Of a DNA stretch of 64,000 bases, positions 36,437-45,170 are shown piece after piece. Source of the stretch: Clostridia bacterium (GTDB taxonomy: Bacteria; Bacillota; Clostridia; Christensenellales; DTU072). The notes beneath the pieces are model-generated. The model saw only the letters and a program-made list of their open reading frames with translations, was not told the DNA's origin and did no database searches. The stretch lies in assembly GCA_017504305.1 (NCBI GenBank), contig JAFVRJ010000009.1, positions 13,591-77,590 on the forward strand. Reading direction: 5' to 3'. Every line of letters begins with the position of its first letter. Position 1 is the stretch's first letter. A program made the translations under genes and the position numbers.

Positions 36437-36511
36437 GCCTCCATGGTCAAGCGGTTAAGACGTCGCCCTCTCACGGCGGAATCTGGGGTTCGATTCCCCA
36501 TGGAGGTGCCA
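36437..36511 (+). tRNA. tRNA-Glu (anticodon CUC), CCA encoded
   Basis: Cloverleaf read by eye. Acceptor GCCTCCA/TGGAGGT (G1-U72 wobble). D-arm TGGTCAAGCGGTTAAGAC as in Bacillus tRNA-Glu. Anticodon stem-loop TCGCC-CTCTCAC-GGCGG. T-arm TGGGG-TTCGATT-CCCCA. Ends GCCA. Confidence 0.9.
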
Positions 36512-36515
36512 AAAA

Positions 36516-36552
36516 AATAACAGATACCAAACTGGGTATCTGTTATTTTTTT
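36516..36552 (+). terminator. Rho-independent terminator after tRNA-Glu
   Basis: AATAACAGATACC (36516-36528) pairs with GGTATCTGTTATT (36535-36547), followed by a T-run. Confidence 0.85.
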
Positions 36553-36574
36553 GCACTCCTTGGGGAAAAGCGTA

Positions 36575-36626
36575 CCCCGTTGGCTTTAGCCAATGGGGTG
36601 CGCAAGTTGCGTTAGCAACCTGGCGA
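36575..36626 (+). repeat. Conserved double-hairpin module, copy 1
   Basis: CCCCGTTGGC/TTTA/GCCAATGGGG (G-U wobble only if read on the + strand), then GTTGC/GTTA/GCAAC with an extended outer stem. Confidence 0.8.
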
Positions 36627-36726
36627 AAGCAAAATGCAAAGCATTTTGAGTTTTTAACAAGATTCACATATTTATGTGACATTATGTTTATATACTTCAA
36701 CCATTAGGTCAAGACATTCTTTCGCG

Positions 36727-36742
36727 TTCCCCATGGAGGTGC
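36727..36742 (+). repeat. Direct repeat of the tRNA-Glu 3' end (att-like), copy 2
   Basis: Exact 16-nt match to 36494-36509. The flanking TTCG is also shared, with a 1-nt indel. Confidence 0.85.
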
Positions 36743-36785
36743 AAAACATATCTCTGTCTTTGCTTTTCGGAGAGGATAACTTCAT

Positions 36786-36836
36786 CCCCGTTGGCTTTAG
36801 CCAATGGGGTGCGCAAGTTGCGGAGCAACCTGACGA
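36786..36836 (+). repeat. Conserved double-hairpin module, copy 2
   Basis: Identical to copy 1 except in the second hairpin loop (GTTA to GGA) and one bulge position (G to A). All paired positions are unchanged. Confidence 0.8.
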
Positions 36837-36913
36837 GTAATAACAATAGTAAAAACAACCGAAAAGGTCAAAGATACCACTTGGATAAAACAATAAACGA
36901 AGCAAGTCGAGTG

Positions 36914-36929
36914 TTCCCCATGGAGGTGC
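36914..36929 (+). repeat. Direct repeat of the tRNA-Glu 3' end (att-like), copy 3
   Basis: Exact 16-nt match to 36494-36509. Confidence 0.85.
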
Positions 36930-36981
36930 GTAAAGGATGGTAGTATCTGATAATTCTCGATTAGATTATTTTAACTATGTG

Positions 36982-37010
36982 TTGCAACAAGGCCTTTAAG
37001 CGGTTATAAT
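36982..37010 (+). promoter_or_regulatory. uvrC promoter placed for a leaderless transcript
   Basis: TTGCAA (36982-36987), 17-nt spacer, TATAAT (37005-37010). The ATG is at 37017, only 6 nt after the -10 box, and there is no SD. Confidence 0.55.
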
Positions 37011-37016
37011 ATTAAT

Positions 37017-38834
37017 ATGTTAGATTTTTCTGAAAAACTTAAATCATTGCCAACTTCGAGTGGAATATATTTGATGCTTGACGAGTTCGGTCAAGTGCTT
37101 TACGTTGGCAAAGCGAAAAATCTACGTAATCGCGTAAAACAATATTTTCAAAACTCATCAACTAAAACTGAAAAGACCATATTACTTGTTCAAAAAATCA
37201 GGGATTTTAGATACATCGTTACTCAATCAGAAGTAGAGGCATTGGTGCTTGAAAATAACCTTATAAAGCAATATAAGCCTTATTACAACATACTGCTAAA
37301 GGATGATAAAACATATCCTTACATTAAAATTCGAGTAAACGAGGAATTCCCGCGCATTGAAGTAACAAGAAAGCTAAAGGCGGACGGAAGTAAGTATTTC
37401 GGGCCGTATATGCTTGGATTAAACGTAAAGGATACGATGGAACTAATCCACAGCATTTATCCTGTTAGAAGCTGTGTAAACGACTTTAAATCACGCAAGC
37501 CTACTCGGGAGTGCCTTAATTATCATATTGGGCGTTGTAAGGCTCCCTGCGTTGGCCGTATTAGTTCGGATGAATATAAAGAGATAATAAAAAAAGTCAC
37601 CTCGTTCTTAAGTGGCAACGATAAGGAGGCGAGAGCGCTTCTTGAAAAGAAACTCAACGATGCAATCGAACGAGAGGAATTCGAGCTTGCAATAGGCTAT
37701 AGAGACAGTTTAGAGCTGCTTGATAAGATAATTCGCAAACAGTCGGTAAACCTACCGCGGGATCTAAATATAGACATATTTGCTTATGCAACTAACGGTC
37801 TATATGGTACGATTAACTATACCGTTGTTAGAGCAGGCAAGGTAATAGGTAGTGAAAATCATTCCATAAACGAAGCTTGCGAAGCAGAAGAAGTATTATC
37901 GAGCTATATAATGCAGTTCTATGAGCATAACCCCGTAGTATGTGAGGAGGTATGCGTAAACGCGGATATTACCTTCGACAAAGAACTTGAAGATTATTTA
38001 TCTAATAAAAAAGGAACTCGCATAAACTTGCACTATCCAAAGGGTGGCGTTCGTAGTCAGTTGGTAGCGCTATCTTATAATAATGCAAGCGAAAATCTAT
38101 TAAAAACGGTAACCAAAATTGCAAGTAAGGAAGCCCTAACGCTCGGAGCTGTGGATCAGCTCAAAGAGTATATAAAGCTTGACAGGCCACCGAAAAGGAT
38201 GGAGTGTTACGATATATCTAACATTAGCGGAACGGATAAAGTCGCAAGCATGGTTGTTTTTATCAATGGTGAGCCGGCAAAGGAAAGATATCGTAGGTTT
38301 AGGATTAAAACTGTATATGGCTCGGATGACTTTGCTTCGATGCGCGAAGTTTTGACAAGGCGAGTTAACGAACTTGAAAGTGGTGACTTGTCATTTTCAG
38401 AAGTACCAGATTTAATAATTGTTGACGGCGGTAAGGGACAACTTTCGTCCGCGGTGAGTATCCTTGAAGGGACCGGTATCAACGTAGTTGGACTCGCTAA
38501 ACGTGAAGAAGAAATATTTAAGCCATATATTTCAGAGCCTTTGATATTGCCAAGAGATAGTTTGGCGCTTAAATTATGTCAAAGGATACGTGATGAAGCA
38601 CACCGCTTTGCAATTACCTATCATCGCAAACTTCGTGGTGAACGTCAAACAAGATCTAACCTAAAGAATATCGAAGGTGTAGGTGAAAAAAAGGCAAGGG
38701 CGTTACTTGCATACTTTAAAAAGGTTGAGAACATCAAAAACGCCACTATAGAAGAGATAATGAAAGTTGACGGCTTTGGGATAGAAACTGCGACTGCGGT
38801 AAAGAAACATTTTGAGGAAGAATATGAAGTATAA
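37017..38834 (+). CDS. uvrC: Excinuclease ABC subunit C
   Basis: GIY-YIG N-terminus GIYLMLDEFGQVLYVGKAKNLRNRV. UvrB-interaction and endonuclease regions. C-terminal (HhH)2 NIEGVGEKKARALL. Confidence 0.95.
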   Translation: MLDFSEKLKSLPTSSGIYLMLDEFGQVLYVGKAKNLRNRVKQYFQNSSTKTEKTILLVQKIRDFRYIVTQSEVEALVLENNLIKQYKPYYNILLKDDKTYPYIKIRVNEEFPRIEVTRKLKADGSKYFGPYMLGLNVKDTMELIHSIYPVRSCVNDFKSRKPTRECLNYHIGRCKAPCVGRISSDEYKEIIKKVTSFLSGNDKEARALLEKKLNDAIEREEFELAIGYRDSLELLDKIIRKQSVNLPRDLNIDIFAYATNGLYGTINYTVVRAGKVIGSENHSINEACEAEEVLSSYIMQFYEHNPVVCEEVCVNADITFDKELEDYLSNKKGTRINLHYPKGGVRSQLVALSYNNASENLLKTVTKIASKEALTLGAVDQLKEYIKLDRPPKRMECYDISNISGTDKVASMVVFINGEPAKERYRRFRIKTVYGSDDFASMREVLTRRVNELESGDLSFSEVPDLIIVDGGKGQLSSAVSILEGTGINVVGLAKREEEIFKPYISEPLILPRDSLALKLCQRIRDEAHRFAITYHRKLRGERQTRSNLKNIEGVGEKKARALLAYFKKVENIKNATIEEIMKVDGFGIETATAVKKHFEEEYEV

Positions 38835-39633
38835 ACTTATAGTATCCGATTTTGACGACACGCTTGCAGGATACGATCAAGTGATATCAAAAGGAAACCG
38901 CGAAGCGATAACAAAGTACGTTGAAGCAGGCGGAAAGTTTGTGTTATGCACGGGAAGGATGGTTTCTGCAGTTCTACCGCATGCACGGAGTTTGGGACTC
39001 CAAGGTGAAGTTATTGGATACCAAGGAGGCGTTGTTGCCGATATAGCGACAGGTAAATTTTTGGAGGAAAACGGTATACCTTACGAGGTCGCGTTGCCTG
39101 TATGTGAGTATTTAGATAGCCATGGCATATATTATCAGCTTTATAATGAGGATACGTTTGTTGTAGAAAAGGAAAACGAATATAGCGACGTATATCGTCA
39201 ATTCACCTTTCTGCCACCAATAGTCGCAGGTAAATCTCTTACCGAATATTTGAAGGAAGGCAGACGTTCGACTACCAAGATATTACTTGTTGCAGATCCA
39301 AAATTAGTGCCTGGGTACATAAAGGAGCTATCGGAACGCTTTGGCGATAAACTACTTGTTAATACAAGTAAAAAATTCATAATCGAGATTGTGCCAAAAG
39401 GAATTAACAAGGGATTTGCAGTAGCTAAATTGAGTGAGAGATTAAATATTCCGCGTGAGGAAATCATTGCGATCGGAGATAGCATGAACGATGCACCAAT
39501 GTTAGAGTACGCAGGATTAGGTGTAGTCGTTGGTGATGGAACTGATGATGCGAAAAAGTATGCAGACGTTATCGCACCCAATTGCTCCGAGGATGCAATT
39601 AAATGGGTTATAGAAAACTATGGATTAAAATAA
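38824..39633 (+). CDS. Cof-type HAD-IIB phosphatase
   Basis: KLIVSDFDDTL (DxD motif), CTGR, GDSMNDAPML. ATG 38824 follows GAGGAAG and overlaps the uvrC stop. The track start at 38812 is a TTG. Confidence 0.85.
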   Translation: MKYKLIVSDFDDTLAGYDQVISKGNREAITKYVEAGGKFVLCTGRMVSAVLPHARSLGLQGEVIGYQGGVVADIATGKFLEENGIPYEVALPVCEYLDSHGIYYQLYNEDTFVVEKENEYSDVYRQFTFLPPIVAGKSLTEYLKEGRRSTTKILLVADPKLVPGYIKELSERFGDKLLVNTSKKFIIEIVPKGINKGFAVAKLSERLNIPREEIIAIGDSMNDAPMLEYAGLGVVVGDGTDDAKKYADVIAPNCSEDAIKWVIENYGLK

Positions 39634-39661
39634 AAAAGCAACCGACTGGTTGCTTTTTTTT
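39634..39661. terminator. Bidirectional terminator between the HAD phosphatase gene and dnaE
   Basis: A-run, GCAACC/GACT/GGTTGC (39638-39653), T-run. Confidence 0.8.
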
Positions 39662-42600
39662 ATATTATCTTAACGTTCATCGGGCCCAAGATGCCGATCA
39701 GCTCTTTAGCTACGGCTTCGAGGTTCCCGATCTTTGCACCGGGATCGTGTAAGCTTCCGTCATATTGGAATCGTACGGTATTTGGCCCGGGGTGAGCTTC
39801 AAGTATTTTTTTAATACGAATAATTTTGTCTTCATCCATTACGTCGAAGTCGGTGAGGTTGTAGTACAACGTACGCTCGTCTTTAACCTCAACTTCTTCC
39901 TTTTCAACTAAATCCCAAGGGCGAAGTTCACTAACAAAAATTGAGTAGCTATCGTCGCGGATAGAAAGTCTACCCTTAACGCGAACGAGAGTGTCGGGCT
40001 CGAGGTATTGTTTTGCATTTTGCAAGGTGCGAGCAAGAAGTACGCATTCAATACGGTCGTACATATCTTCGAGCACAACTATCGCCATGTCGCCACCAGA
40101 CTTCGTGCGCTTTTTTTGAACTGCAGCAATAATACCGCCGGTGGTGACCTCCATGTTGTCTTTGAGAGGGGATTCCTCTTTGACGGTATGGTCATCTGCA
40201 TAATCTTCGTCCTCATCCTTTTTAGAAGGTATCATCGAGGTGTTAAAGGAAAACTCTCCAAATTCTTTTTCGTAGCCGGCAAGAGGGTGTCCGCTAACGT
40301 ACATACCAAGCATTTCTTTTTCTGCAAGCAGTCTTTCGCGCTTGGAGTACTCTTTAACGATATCGTACTTAAACTCCTCATCTTTGACGTCAAACTCTTG
40401 ACCAAGTAGGTCGAATATGTCGAATTGTCCACTTTCTTCTTTGCGCAATTTCTCCTTGCGTTTGGTATCTACAGATACAATTATGCGTTCATAATTGTTC
40501 ATTAAGGTGGCACGACTCATGCCCATACAGTCAAACGCTCCACCCTTAATCAAGCTCTCGATAACACGCTTATTAGGTGTTTGACCAGTAGCGTTTGCCA
40601 TGCGCTCTATAAAGCTATATAGGTCGCTAAACTCTCCGTTTTTATTACGTTCCTCAACGACTGCTTGCATTATAGCTGTACCGACGTTTTTGGTACAAGC
40701 AAGGCCGTAACGAATACCTTCTTTTTCAGGCGAGAAGTAGGGTTCCGATTTGTTTATATCAGGTGGAAGCAGTTTTATATCCATATCTTTTAAAACTGCC
40801 ATGTACTTTTTGGTATCATCCGGTTTATCGATACGGTTATTCAAAACTGCCGCCATAAACTCTTTGGGGTAGTATCGCTTATAGAAAGCGGTTTCGTAGC
40901 TTAAATATGCATATGCGGCCGCGTGTGATTTATTGAAAGCATAGGAAGCGAACTTTTCGATATCAGCAAATATGGTGCGAGCGATATCTTCGGGAACGCC
41001 GTTGCGGACACATCCCGGGATGATAATCTCACCTGTTTTAGGATCGTCCAAACCGAATATAAACTTTTTGCGTTCAATTTCGACTTTGTCGAGTTTCTTT
41101 TTACTTATAATACTTCTGAAGTTATCTGCATCGGTCATCGAGTAACCTGCAAGCTCACGAGTGATGTGCATCGCTTGCTCTTGATATACGATTATACCGC
41201 CGGTAACTTCAAGAATAGGTTTAAGTTTGGGGTGTAGATATTTGATATCGTCGGGGTTATGACGGTTTTTGATGTATACGTCCTTGTTGTCCATGGGGCC
41301 GGGACGATATATAGAAATACCTGCGATAATATCTTCCATTCTATCGGGCTTTAGTTGTGACATGAACTGCTTCATGCCACCGCCTTCAAGTTGGAAAACC
41401 GCATCGGTATTACCTTCAGCAATAAGATTATAAACTTCGGGGTCCTTGTAGCCGATTTCGTGGAAGTCGACGTCGCGACCATAAGATTTCAAAACGTAGT
41501 CGTGCGCCATCTTAACGTCGGTTAAAGTCATAAGTGCAAGGAAGTCCATCTTGAGAAGACCTATGCTATTTTCAACCTCTATCATGTTGAATTGAGTGGT
41601 CAATTCGTTACCGTTTTTAGCAAGAGGTATAGAGTCGATAGCAGCGTTTTTATAGATAACTACGCCTGCAGCATGGATGGAAGTATTACGCGGTAACCCT
41701 TCAACTTGGGAGGCAATATCAATAACCTTTTTAATTTCGGGGCTATTGACGTAACGCTCGTAGAGATCACGAGAGCAGTATTTGCTATCGGGGTTAACGA
41801 GGTCCATAATGTGTACCTTTTTATCTTCTCCACCGAAGTCCGGTATCTCTTTAGTGATAGCGGTAACGTCGGAAAAAGGTAGCTTATATACACGGGCAAC
41901 GTCTTTAATGGCAGCTTTCTTTTTGAGCTTACCAAAGGTGATAATTTGCGATATACGATGCTCGCCGTATTTGCCTTTTACGTACTCGATAACCTCACCG
42001 CGACGGTTGTAACAAATATCGATATCGAAGTCGGGCATCGAGGTACGGTTTTTGTTTAAGAAACGCTCGAAGATCAATCCGTATTCAAGAGGGTCTACGT
42101 CGGTGATTCCAATTGCATATGCTACTATACTACCAACACCCGAGCCACGTCCCTTACCTACGGGAATATCGTTTGCTTTTGCCCAGAAAATAAAGTCCCA
42201 AACGATCAAATAGTAATCGGCAAAGCCCATCGAAATGATAACGTCAAGTTCTTCTTCGGCACGCGCACGAATAGCGTCGGTTATGGTGCCATAGCGTCTT
42301 TCCAGTCCTTCGTAGGCGAGTTTGCGTAAGTATACGTCGGGAGCCATATTATCAGGACACGGATAAGAGGGTATCTGATAAACACGTTTTGGGAACGCAA
42401 AGTTACACTTTTCAACAATTTCAAACGGTGTTTCTAACGACTCGGGGTAGGCACCTAACACCTCCTCCATTTCATCGCGGTCCTTAAGGTAGAAGCTATC
42501 TCCGCTAAACTTCAAGCGATTGGGGGTGTCGATATAAGAAGCTGTGCCGATACACAATAAAACGTCGTGCATTTCGGCATCGGATTTTTTGATGTAGTGA

Positions 42601-43235
42601 ACGTCGTTAGTGGCTACAAGCTTGACTCCGATTTCCTTTGCAATACGAGCAAGTAGCGGTAAAACGGCAAGTTCTTCTTCGATGTAGTGGTTTTGAATTT
42701 CGATGTAAAAGTCACCCTCGGCAAACATTGATTTTAGGCGTAGAGCATATGCTTTTGCACCCTCGTAATCACCTTTTAGCAATAGGCGAGGTATGGCGCC
42801 GGCAACGCATCCCGAAAGGCAAATAAGGTCCTTGGAGTACTTTTCGAGAAGGTCGAGGTCTATACGCGGTTTATAGTAAAAACCATCCTTATAGGAAAAG
42901 GAATTTAGGCGTGCAAGGTTCATGTAGCCTTCGTAGTTTTTTGCTATGAGTACCAAGTGACAGTTTTTGTTGCCCTCGTCGGTATTGCGACCTTCGCGCA
43001 CAGTCATATCGTCGCAAGTGTAAAACTCGCAACCAATCAAAGGCTTAATGCCTTTTGCCTTACAAGCTTGGTCAAATTGTATTGTGCCGTACATGTTGCC
43101 GTGGTCAGTCATGGCAATAGCGGGCATACCAAGCTCTTGAGCGGTGGCTATTAGCTTTGGTATTGATGCCGAGCCGTCGAGAAGGCTGTATTCGGTATGA
43201 ACGTGAAGATGTACAAACGGTCTTTTGTTTTCCAT
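39660..43235 (-). CDS. dnaE: DNA polymerase III alpha subunit
   Basis: N-terminal PHP block FVHLHVHTEYSLLDGS. Polymerase core (DFDIDI, GLLKMDFL). C-terminal OB region. 1,191 aa. Confidence 0.95.
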   Translation of the reverse strand: MENKRPFVHLHVHTEYSLLDGSASIPKLIATAQELGMPAIAMTDHGNMYGTIQFDQACKAKGIKPLIGCEFYTCDDMTVREGRNTDEGNKNCHLVLIAKNYEGYMNLARLNSFSYKDGFYYKPRIDLDLLEKYSKDLICLSGCVAGAIPRLLLKGDYEGAKAYALRLKSMFAEGDFYIEIQNHYIEEELAVLPLLARIAKEIGVKLVATNDVHYIKKSDAEMHDVLLCIGTASYIDTPNRLKFSGDSFYLKDRDEMEEVLGAYPESLETPFEIVEKCNFAFPKRVYQIPSYPCPDNMAPDVYLRKLAYEGLERRYGTITDAIRARAEEELDVIISMGFADYYLIVWDFIFWAKANDIPVGKGRGSGVGSIVAYAIGITDVDPLEYGLIFERFLNKNRTSMPDFDIDICYNRRGEVIEYVKGKYGEHRISQIITFGKLKKKAAIKDVARVYKLPFSDVTAITKEIPDFGGEDKKVHIMDLVNPDSKYCSRDLYERYVNSPEIKKVIDIASQVEGLPRNTSIHAAGVVIYKNAAIDSIPLAKNGNELTTQFNMIEVENSIGLLKMDFLALMTLTDVKMAHDYVLKSYGRDVDFHEIGYKDPEVYNLIAEGNTDAVFQLEGGGMKQFMSQLKPDRMEDIIAGISIYRPGPMDNKDVYIKNRHNPDDIKYLHPKLKPILEVTGGIIVYQEQAMHITRELAGYSMTDADNFRSIISKKKLDKVEIERKKFIFGLDDPKTGEIIIPGCVRNGVPEDIARTIFADIEKFASYAFNKSHAAAYAYLSYETAFYKRYYPKEFMAAVLNNRIDKPDDTKKYMAVLKDMDIKLLPPDINKSEPYFSPEKEGIRYGLACTKNVGTAIMQAVVEERNKNGEFSDLYSFIERMANATGQTPNKRVIESLIKGGAFDCMGMSRATLMNNYERIIVSVDTKRKEKLRKEESGQFDIFDLLGQEFDVKDEEFKYDIVKEYSKRERLLAEKEMLGMYVSGHPLAGYEKEFGEFSFNTSMIPSKKDEDEDYADDHTVKEESPLKDNMEVTTGGIIAAVQKKRTKSGGDMAIVVLEDMYDRIECVLLARTLQNAKQYLEPDTLVRVKGRLSIRDDSYSIFVSELRPWDLVEKEEVEVKDERTLYYNLTDFDVMDEDKIIRIKKILEAHPGPNTVRFQYDGSLHDPGAKIGNLEAVAKELIGILGPMNVKII

Positions 43236-43243
43236 AATTTCAC

Positions 43244-44227
43244 CTAATTGTTTTCAAGTTCTTCTGCGAGTGATACGAGTTTACGCATACGGTGGTTTAA
43301 GCAACTTTTCGAAGGGTTGCCTTCGATTACTGACGCCAGTTCGTTAAGGCTCATTTCGGGGTGCGCTACGCGCGCAAGTGCGGTATCCCTTAAGCCTTGA
43401 TCCAAGGCGCTTAATCCGATTTTTCGGTCGATAAGCTCTATTGCCGCTACCTGTTTAAGGCCTGCTTCAATGGATTTATCGATGTTGGCGTTGGCGCAAT
43501 TGGCTTGGCGGTTGGCGTCGTTGCGGATGGAGCGCAAAACCAACGTGTTTTGTATTTCAAGCACTGCGCGCATAGCTCCCATAAGCGCGCACATATCGGA
43601 TATTTTTTCGGCGTCTTTGAGGTAAACGGAATAGGTTTCGCCACGCTTACGTAGTTTTGCATCCAAACCGATATTGTTTAAAAGATTCAGTAAATCTTCC
43701 GCCACGATTTCGCTTGTCAAAGTTATATCGAGGTAATAACCTGCGCTTCCGCCTTCATCTGCAGAGGGGATAGAGATGGTTCCGCTTGCAAGGAAGGCTC
43801 CTTGTAAAAAGGCTTTGGCACAGCAGGGTGATTCTATTAGTTCGGGTGCTATGCCTTCGTAAAGCTGGAAGGGCGCGGGAGAGATATAGGCTTCCTCCAA
43901 AAGGTCGAAGCACTTTGTGCCGGGAAGTTCCAATTCATATACCGTTTTGGGGCTGTTATCGCGTTTAGTGGTGACTTCGCGCTCTTGTTGACGCATTTTT
44001 ACGGTGGGCTCGAAAGAGATAAGTTGCTTAACCATTTGAGCGCACTTGGTTATTAAATCGGGCGACTGATGTTGTACGTTTATGCCAAAACCGCTACTGT
44101 TGACGTAGTAATTGCCCGCACCGCGAATAAGCCCTGATAAAAAGGCTTTTTTACAGCAAACGTTTGGTATTTTCCCTTCGATTATATCCTCTTTTACAAG
44201 CTGGGATATGCTAATATCGTCAGTCAC
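43244..44227 (-). CDS. whiA: DNA-binding regulator WhiA
   Basis: Degenerate LAGLIDADG-like halves (FLSGLIRGAG, FLQGAFLASG) and a C-terminal HTH ending SKSCLNHRMRKL. Confidence 0.9.
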   Translation of the reverse strand: MTDDISISQLVKEDIIEGKIPNVCCKKAFLSGLIRGAGNYYVNSSGFGINVQHQSPDLITKCAQMVKQLISFEPTVKMRQQEREVTTKRDNSPKTVYELELPGTKCFDLLEEAYISPAPFQLYEGIAPELIESPCCAKAFLQGAFLASGTISIPSADEGGSAGYYLDITLTSEIVAEDLLNLLNNIGLDAKLRKRGETYSVYLKDAEKISDMCALMGAMRAVLEIQNTLVLRSIRNDANRQANCANANIDKSIEAGLKQVAAIELIDRKIGLSALDQGLRDTALARVAHPEMSLNELASVIEGNPSKSCLNHRMRKLVSLAEELENN

Positions 44228-45170
44228 TATAGTCTTCTCCGATTATATCTATTTCCTTTTGCAAGGAGATTTTATATTTTTTATATACAACGTCGTGCAT
44301 AAGAGCAGTGAGTTTTAGGTAGTCTGTTGCAGTAGCACAACCGGTATTTATTATAAAGTTAGCATGTTTATCCGATATTTGCGCGCCGCCGATACGAGTT
44401 CCTTTCAGCCTTGCTTTGTCGACGTAATATCCTGCCGAAACGCCTTCCGGAGTCTTGAGGAAAACAGATCCCAACGATGGCTCGGTAGGTTGTGAGGCAA
44501 GTCGTTTTGCGCGGTAGTCGGTTATTGATTTAATTAGGTCGCCGTTTGACGGACTGAGTCGCAGGCGCACGTATAGGACAATGGAGTTTTTAAAGGTATC
44601 TCCGCTTGATCGGTAGGAGTAATCGATTTCCGCACGGCTAATTCGCTTAATGGTAAGTGAATTCAAGTCGAGTAGGGTAACGGCTTCTATAATGTCGCTT
44701 ATTTCTACCCCATAACAACCTGCGTTTTTTATGGTTGCACCGCCGATAGTTGCCGGTATTCCGCTTAAGGCTTCCAATCCCGATAGTTGGTTTTTTGCCG
44801 AAAAGTAAGCAATATGCGGTAACTTTTCGCTTGCGCCGACAAATACGTGATTGTCATCTAACAGTATGCCGTTGAAGTGCTTAAGTGAAATCGCTACTCC
44901 GTGATATCCGCCGTCTTTAACAAGAAGATTGCTACCTCCGCCCAAAGTAAACAGTGGTAAGTGGTGTGAGCGAGCAAGTTCTATAGTAGTTACCAGCTCC
45001 GTAACGGTATGGGGTGTTGCGATTAAATCTATCACCCCACCTGCGCGGAATAAACTGATTTCCTTTGCCGATACCTGTCTTGCGACGTCGACGCCTACCG
45101 ACGTGAGGGCGATAATACACTTATTAACATTATACCAAAGTCTTGTGCTCATTACAAGGCAAAGCTCCAA
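44220..45170 (-). CDS. murB: UDP-N-acetylenolpyruvoylglucosamine reductase
   Basis: FRAGG, LGGGSNLLVKDGG FAD-binding block, C-terminal SxGSxF block (LGSVF). The start is uncertain (45170 or 45152); both overlap the upstream gene end. The 3' end overlaps whiA by 8 nt. Confidence 0.88.
   Translation of the reverse strand: MELCLVMSTRLWYNVNKCIIALTSVGVDVARQVSAKEISLFRAGGVIDLIATPHTVTELVTTIELARSHHLPLFTLGGGSNLLVKDGGYHGVAISLKHFNGILLDDNHVFVGASEKLPHIAYFSAKNQLSGLEALSGIPATIGGATIKNAGCYGVEISDIIEAVTLLDLNSLTIKRISRAEIDYSYRSSGDTFKNSIVLYVRLRLSPSNGDLIKSITDYRAKRLASQPTEPSLGSVFLKTPEGVSAGYYVDKARLKGTRIGGAQISDKHANFIINTGCATATDYLKLTALMHDVVYKKYKISLQKEIDIIGEDYSD

Larger units (their letters stand above)
36512..36929 (+). 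mobile_element. Two tandem att-bounded, gene-less mini-elements (CIME-like remnants) at the tRNA-Glu 3' end
   Basis: TTCCCCATGGAGGTGC occurs at 36494-36509 (inside the tRNA), 36727-36742 and 36914-36929. No integrase or any credible ORF lies between the copies. Confidence 0.4.

Noticed and set aside
36455-36905. Two minus-strand ORFs (81 and 77 aa) that both encode ..CAPHWLKPTG..
   Set aside because: The shared peptide is only the translation of the repeated double-hairpin module. One ORF runs into the tRNA-Glu gene. No SDs. Treated as artefacts of the repeat.
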